DNA of 49,737 nucleotides, counting the filler, from Catajapyx aquilonaris (Eukaryota): NCBI GenBank assembly GCA_000934665.2. It is 3 parts of 3 records of this genome, joined end to end, with 100 filler letters (N's around TTAATTAATTAA, not from the genome) between each part and the next. Parts side by side here need not be neighbours in the genome. Positions count along the whole stretch, not along the records: positions 33,229 to 49,737 come from JYFJ02007180.1; 2 more parts are not named here. One strand, written 5' to 3'. The position numbers were made by a program, and so were the translations under genes. Positions within the stretch are counted from its first letter, which is position 1. The number at the start of each line of letters is the position of its first letter. Positions 44,997 to 49,737 of the stretch are shown piece after piece. Under the pieces are notes generated by a model, which ran no database searches, had not been told where the DNA came from, and saw only the letters and a program-made list of their open reading frames with translations.

Positions 44997-47936
44997 ATTC
45001 CTCCGAGCTGGAAGAAGAACATATTGCATGCGTAAGTACAATAATGATTACACGAGTATATCTACCTACCACTGTAATGATAATAAACAGCCTTTGAAGA
45101 CTCACAAGTCAGCCAAAACATTCCGAGAGAGAAATGAGACCAGCTTTGAAAAATAAATTAATATTTTTGGTCGAAACAATATCTCTCTGTTGTTATTATG
45201 GAGATATTAAATCTGTTTCCTGCTACGTATGCTATTAAAACCCATTACTCTTCCTTGCAAGGATTCCACTGTTCCTTTCGTCCCAGGAGATCCCATATCT
45301 CCAGATGAATGGGGAAAGAAAATTGAAATCGGTGAGTTGACACATTTACTGATGCTCTTGTATGACAACAATGCATGCTACTAATATTTTCAAAATTAAA
45401 ATTAATCTGTGTTCTAATAAATAGTCATATATCAACATATGAGCATTCTCATTGCTTAGAGCTCCGTGTAATAACCGTGTATCAACAATGAACATTGCAG
45501 AGTTTGTATTTTAAAAAAGCAATGTTGAGTACAACTGCTCTGGATAATTTTCCATTGCATCTGCCATTGAATAATATTCTGTCCCACATTATTCAAGACA
45601 ATTAACTCCTCTCAATGCTACTAACTGCAGTAGTAATCCAACTCAATTATCTGGCAGGTGTGCGTAATATAGGGGGCAGCAAAAAACCAGCCAAAGCAGA
45701 ACAGGACACCATAGGAAAACGTCAAAGGTCACTTGGTGTGAGTCTCATGAGGTCTATTATTCTCAATTGTGAAAAATAATGCACCAACATGCAATACTAT
45801 GTACTACAGTACTACATGTAACAAGGCAGCTACTGATACTAGAATGCTTGGATCTTTCGTACGCAGAGTCGCAGTGCTATTAATGACTACAACTTCAGGT
45901 GGCCTGGAGGAATCATCCCATATGAAATTGACTACACCTACTGTAAGTTCTTACAAAGATAATAAAATTCAAGTGGCAAAAAAGTTATTACAAAAGAAGT
46001 TCATTCTAACTTTGGTATATTACTGACATGAGTTATTGCAATATTGCTTAGAATGTGAAATGGGCCAATGGCTTGTACATTTCTGGATAACATCTAAAGG
46101 TAATTTTGCCTTTCTCCTGCAGCCGAATACCACCGGATTTTCATAGCATCAGCCATGTCTGAGTACCACACGAAGACGTGCATTCGTTTCAAGGAACATA
46201 CCACTGAGAACCACTGGATTCGAATCAGGGGAGGACGAGGGTGAGCACTTACTTCTTCACTTACACTCACAAAAGTTATCATCAAAGGTGCATGAATACG
46301 AACTATGAATGTTAAAACTCAAAATTTGAACTTCCTTTTTCAAGATGCGTGAGTTGGATCGGACACAGGGAAGGCTGCCAAGACGTGATTCTGAGCGACG
46401 GTTGTATGAACGTTGGAATAATAGTGCACGAACTCATGCACGCAGTTGGATTCACACACGAGCAAGAGAGGCCAGACAGAGATGAATTCATCGACATCAA
46501 ATGGAACAACATCATCCGAGGCAAGTCAAACTGTCAATTGCTGCTCATATCATTAGTAACTTTTTGATACCAGGAATGGAAGACAACTTTGAAAAATGCG
46601 GAGAGGGCGACTGCTTGACGTTTAACACCACATATGATTACGGTAAGTTTTCAGATACATGTAGTAATGAAAGTATTTGACAATTGATTGCAGAGATTAC
46701 TTAAAATATCGTCATAAAAATTTCAAGAAGATATTTCAAGGAATATGTGCGATATGACATTTGACCTTCATTATTTTCACAGGGTCTCTAATGCACTATG
46801 CCCCTACGGACTTTGCTTCGAACCCATCCCGTCCCGCATTCACGCCAAAGAAACCTGTGGATCCGTCAATCGTCGTTGGCCAGAGAAACGGATTCAGCAA
46901 AGTTGGTAGATCAGCTATAGTTGGCAACAATACTTTTCAAAAAAAAAATCTCATTGTTGCTTTCAGAGCGACATTTACAGGATCAACAAACTATACCACT
47001 GCGATGCCACACACGCGCACAAAGGACGCATCACAGATACAAGTATTGCATCAGTTACAATAATTTTGCAATGTCTCAGCGTCATTCCAGACAAAGATGG
47101 TGTTCATATTACGAAATGTTGTACTCGTTGCAGTTAAGTGTGAGGACAGGAACAAAATGTGCCACAAATACGTCAAGCAAACCGATTGTAGTGAAGCGTA
47201 CATGATGGTCAATTGCCCAAAATCTTGCAACCACTGTGGTAAGCAATAGGCTATATATGCAAATTATATTTTCACTTTCAATTGAATTATTATTATACAG
47301 ATGGAACGTGCAAAGACACATTGCCCGATTGCCCGGATTGGGCCGAAAGAGGAGAATGCAAAAAGAGAGCCTCTTACATGTCCAGATACTGCCCTAAGAG
47401 CTGTAGCACATGTGTTGGATCCACGGGTAATTTATCTGTCATGTGGGTTTGCATTCGATCATCCAGTATGACATAATGCCAGCTATGTTCCTTTCAGATG
47501 AAATTAACGTAGTCGATCTGGCTCCTGGGGCTGATGACGAAGTAAGTCCTTCATTTTTGGCGAGTGAATACATTGCCTTTGTTACTGTATTCATTTTCTC
47601 TATTTTTCTCCAAATGCAGACACATAAGCTTGGTGTTCGGTCTGGGTCATAGCCGGTAAGTTGACTGATATCAGCATTTTGTTCGTACAATGTTCAATGT
47701 TTCTTTTTTTCTGTACCGAACGTGCTGAAAATAATATTGTATTGTACATAGAAAATCCTATGCTGAAACCAAAGAAAAAGTTCCGTAATGGACAAGCTTC
47801 CTCAACACTTGCAAAATACCAAATGAGCTTCGATTTTGGCTAATGGTGTTATTGTCATTAATCCATTAGTTGTTTTTTTTAACTTTTACAGAACAAGAAG
47901 AAGAGTCAACGAAAGACAAGATTAAAAGCCACATGA
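44997..47936 (+). CDS. Astacin-family (M12A) zinc metalloprotease with two C-terminal ShKT domains; 5' signal-peptide exon(s) not resolved
   Basis: Phase-consistent exons: 44997-45031, 45262-45331, 45658-45737, 45867-45942 (RWPGGIIPYEI), 46123-46240 (AMSEYHTKTCIRF), 46345-46520 (HELMHAVGFTHEQERPDRD zinc motif), 46574-46642 (YDYG), 46783-46901 (SLMHY Met-turn, GQRNGFS), 46967-47042 (DIYRINKLYHC), 47134-47238 and 47301-47426 (six-Cys ShKT ending CPKSC..C), 47498-47541 and 47892-47936 (stop). Confidence 0.9.
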
Positions 47937-48394
47937 AAAGTATTGTTGACATGACCAGTAGTATGCTTACGAGATGACAAGCTACTTAAATTCTGATTTA
48001 AAAATAATTGAATTATTAAAAATTATCAAAGACATTATACGCATTCAGAATAAGTTATTACTACATTTGATAAGACAGTTGTAGCATTTTATTCAACGAT
48101 TTTGAGTGATATTAATAATATTACCAATCACACAAAATATGTATGTAATTAATTCCACATTCCTCAGGATTTCACATAACAAGTTAGAGTCTAACTCATT
48201 ATCACCACAGCATAATGTAAAATCCAACAGACTCTCAGTGTCATTATATGTCAACATAACAGCCATTTTTCATCCCATAAAAAATCAAATCACACTCGAT
48301 TTAAGAAGAAAAATAATAATTTAAAAAACACACAGGACGATAGCATATACTGTATAAAGAGAAACTGCTAGTTGCCATTATCTAGGACACTCAA

Positions 48395-48492
48395 TGGGGG
48401 GGTTCTCCCGTGACCCCAAGAGCTATGCTGGTGGTAGCTTCGTCTACTGGCTGGTCTATCCAAGTCGGACAGGTCTTTGGGATATGAGACAT
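48395..48492 (+). mobile_element. RTE-like 5' UTR fragment, second copy
   Basis: aagagctatgctggtggtagcttcgtctactgg...ccaagtcggacaggtctttgggata matches the reverse complement of 12931-13010. Confidence 0.55.
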
Positions 48493-48824
48493 TCGTTTCT
48501 GACTCCATATGTCCCACATAGTTGCTTTGGCTCCTTCCTAATAAATCTAACCAGCAATTCCACTACAACAGCCAAATCCTGAAGTAAACTGATTAAATAC
48601 AGGTAATGTACCTCAAGCTGAAACAACACCATTAAAATCGGGCGTGCAATGAGTCTTAAAATGCACCTTACACATCACATAATCAAAGTGCATGTTCCAG
48701 GCATTATGCTACATTGCTACCCAAAGCGCAGCCGATTGGACTGCACACAATGTAGCCTGAAATAGTGAAATGTCATTTACAATAATATCAGCCTGAATAA
48801 CGCGCCTATACACCAGCAATCTGG

Positions 48825-49036
48825 ACCAAACATGGCGGCCACCTGTCACGCGACCTAACCTTTACTAGTAAAAAGTGGCGCCAGACGCTACGTGTGGTCA
48901 AAAGCCGAAGTTTTCGATTCCGGTTTCTTCGCGTCTGGCCCGCGGGTGTAAGTGAACCCCGAAGAAGACCCAGGGGCCGACCCCGTGACCGTGCGGTACT
49001 CTATTTGACCCGAGACGTGACCCTGGGGCAGACAAG
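48825..49036 (+). promoter_or_regulatory. CpG-rich housekeeping-type promoter / 5' UTR of the next gene
   Basis: Abrupt rise in CpG and GC content, a YY1/Pho-like aacatggcggcc at ~48829, a ttccgg element, and a strong donor AGG|gtaagt at 49051/49052. Confidence 0.5.
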
Positions 49037-49051
49037 ATGCACATCAAAAGG
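49037..49051 (+). CDS. Possible 5-codon first coding exon (MHIKR), reminiscent of SMC-family N-termini
   Basis: aagATG CAC ATC AAA AGG|gtaagt, phase 0. SMC3 proteins begin M(Y/H)IKQ. No second exon is visible in the window, so this is only suggestive. Confidence 0.3.
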
Positions 49052-49737
49052 GTAAGTGTTGGCTGGAATGGGGCTGTAGGGGAAAGAGCGTCTTTGGCCG
49101 GTCTTGGCAGACTTGTCTACTCATGGGCGAGCCCCGACTCAGGGCCGGCCCCCGGGCAGACTGCCCTTAGGCTTACTTACCATTAGTCGGGGGCAGAATA
49201 GGCAGGATCGTGGACCAGGCGGGACCGGCTTCTGGAACGTTCCAGGCCTCTTTTTTGTGCTCCTTTTTTTTCCTCCCTGGATGTGACGTCACGGGCGGTT
49301 CTGCTGACGTCACACTGGAGAAGAAAAAAACGCACCCATTTTACCGTGGTTTTTTTCTGAATGACGTCACCGTTATGTACGTATTAAGCAAGTCACAACA
49401 ACAATATATTATTGCAATAAATTTGGGTCGAAATACATGTTGCAGACGGGGAAAACCGTGGGGTAAGGCAAGTTCACACTGGCGTCGTTGCCTTTGGGTC
49501 GGTATGGGTGGGATCTGCCGATTTGTAATAAGCCAATGAGCAAACTGGCAGCAGGATGACCTGAAATTCTGATGTACGCTGTACTGTACAATTGTTGTTG
49601 CCATTTGCTCGTATACCCTAATATGAATTTTTCACGAGCGCAACCGAGTGCGCACCAACACTCGCGCAAGTCCATTGTTATGACAACGTTGCCATTGCCA
49701 CAGTTAGGGGTCGTGCAAATACCACGTGACCGCTTGG

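Noticed and set aside
1..49737. A prokaryotic defence system, operon or CRISPR-Cas locus
   Set aside because: Genes are spliced and of animal type, coding density is low, and no repeat-spacer array or cas-like ORF is present.

Overview
Eukaryotic genomic DNA, very probably from an arthropod. The evidence is GT-AG introns, divergent ionotropic receptors and tRNA-derived SINEs. I see no prokaryotic operon, CRISPR array or phage system. Left to right, the window holds: (1) a + strand F-box/LRR gene whose two visible coding exons are separated by an 11.5-kb intron full of nested transposons; (2) a Helitron/PIF1 helicase relic and a 193-bp tandem repeat; (3) a - strand Armitage/MOV10L1-type piRNA-pathway helicase gene that is broken. 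A LINE fragment replaces its middle, a MITE and a SINE sit in one helicase exon, it has at least four frameshifts and a Walker B DEAG->NEAG change, yet its N-terminal ~430 codons stay open; (4) three divergent ionotropic receptor (IR) genes sharing a signal-peptide exon + one large exon layout, one cut by an assembly gap; (5) a multi-exon astacin metalloprotease with two ShKT domains and a probable GC-AG intron; (6) a CpG-rich promoter and a possible 5-codon first exon at the right edge. All exon boundaries, TSDs and family calls were read by eye, with no database search. I did not find a convincingly new biological system. The most unusual items are the transposon-disrupted piRNA helicase with a possibly retained N-terminal half, a multi-level nested foldback in the F-box intron, and apparent exon-restricted homogenisation between two IR paralogues.
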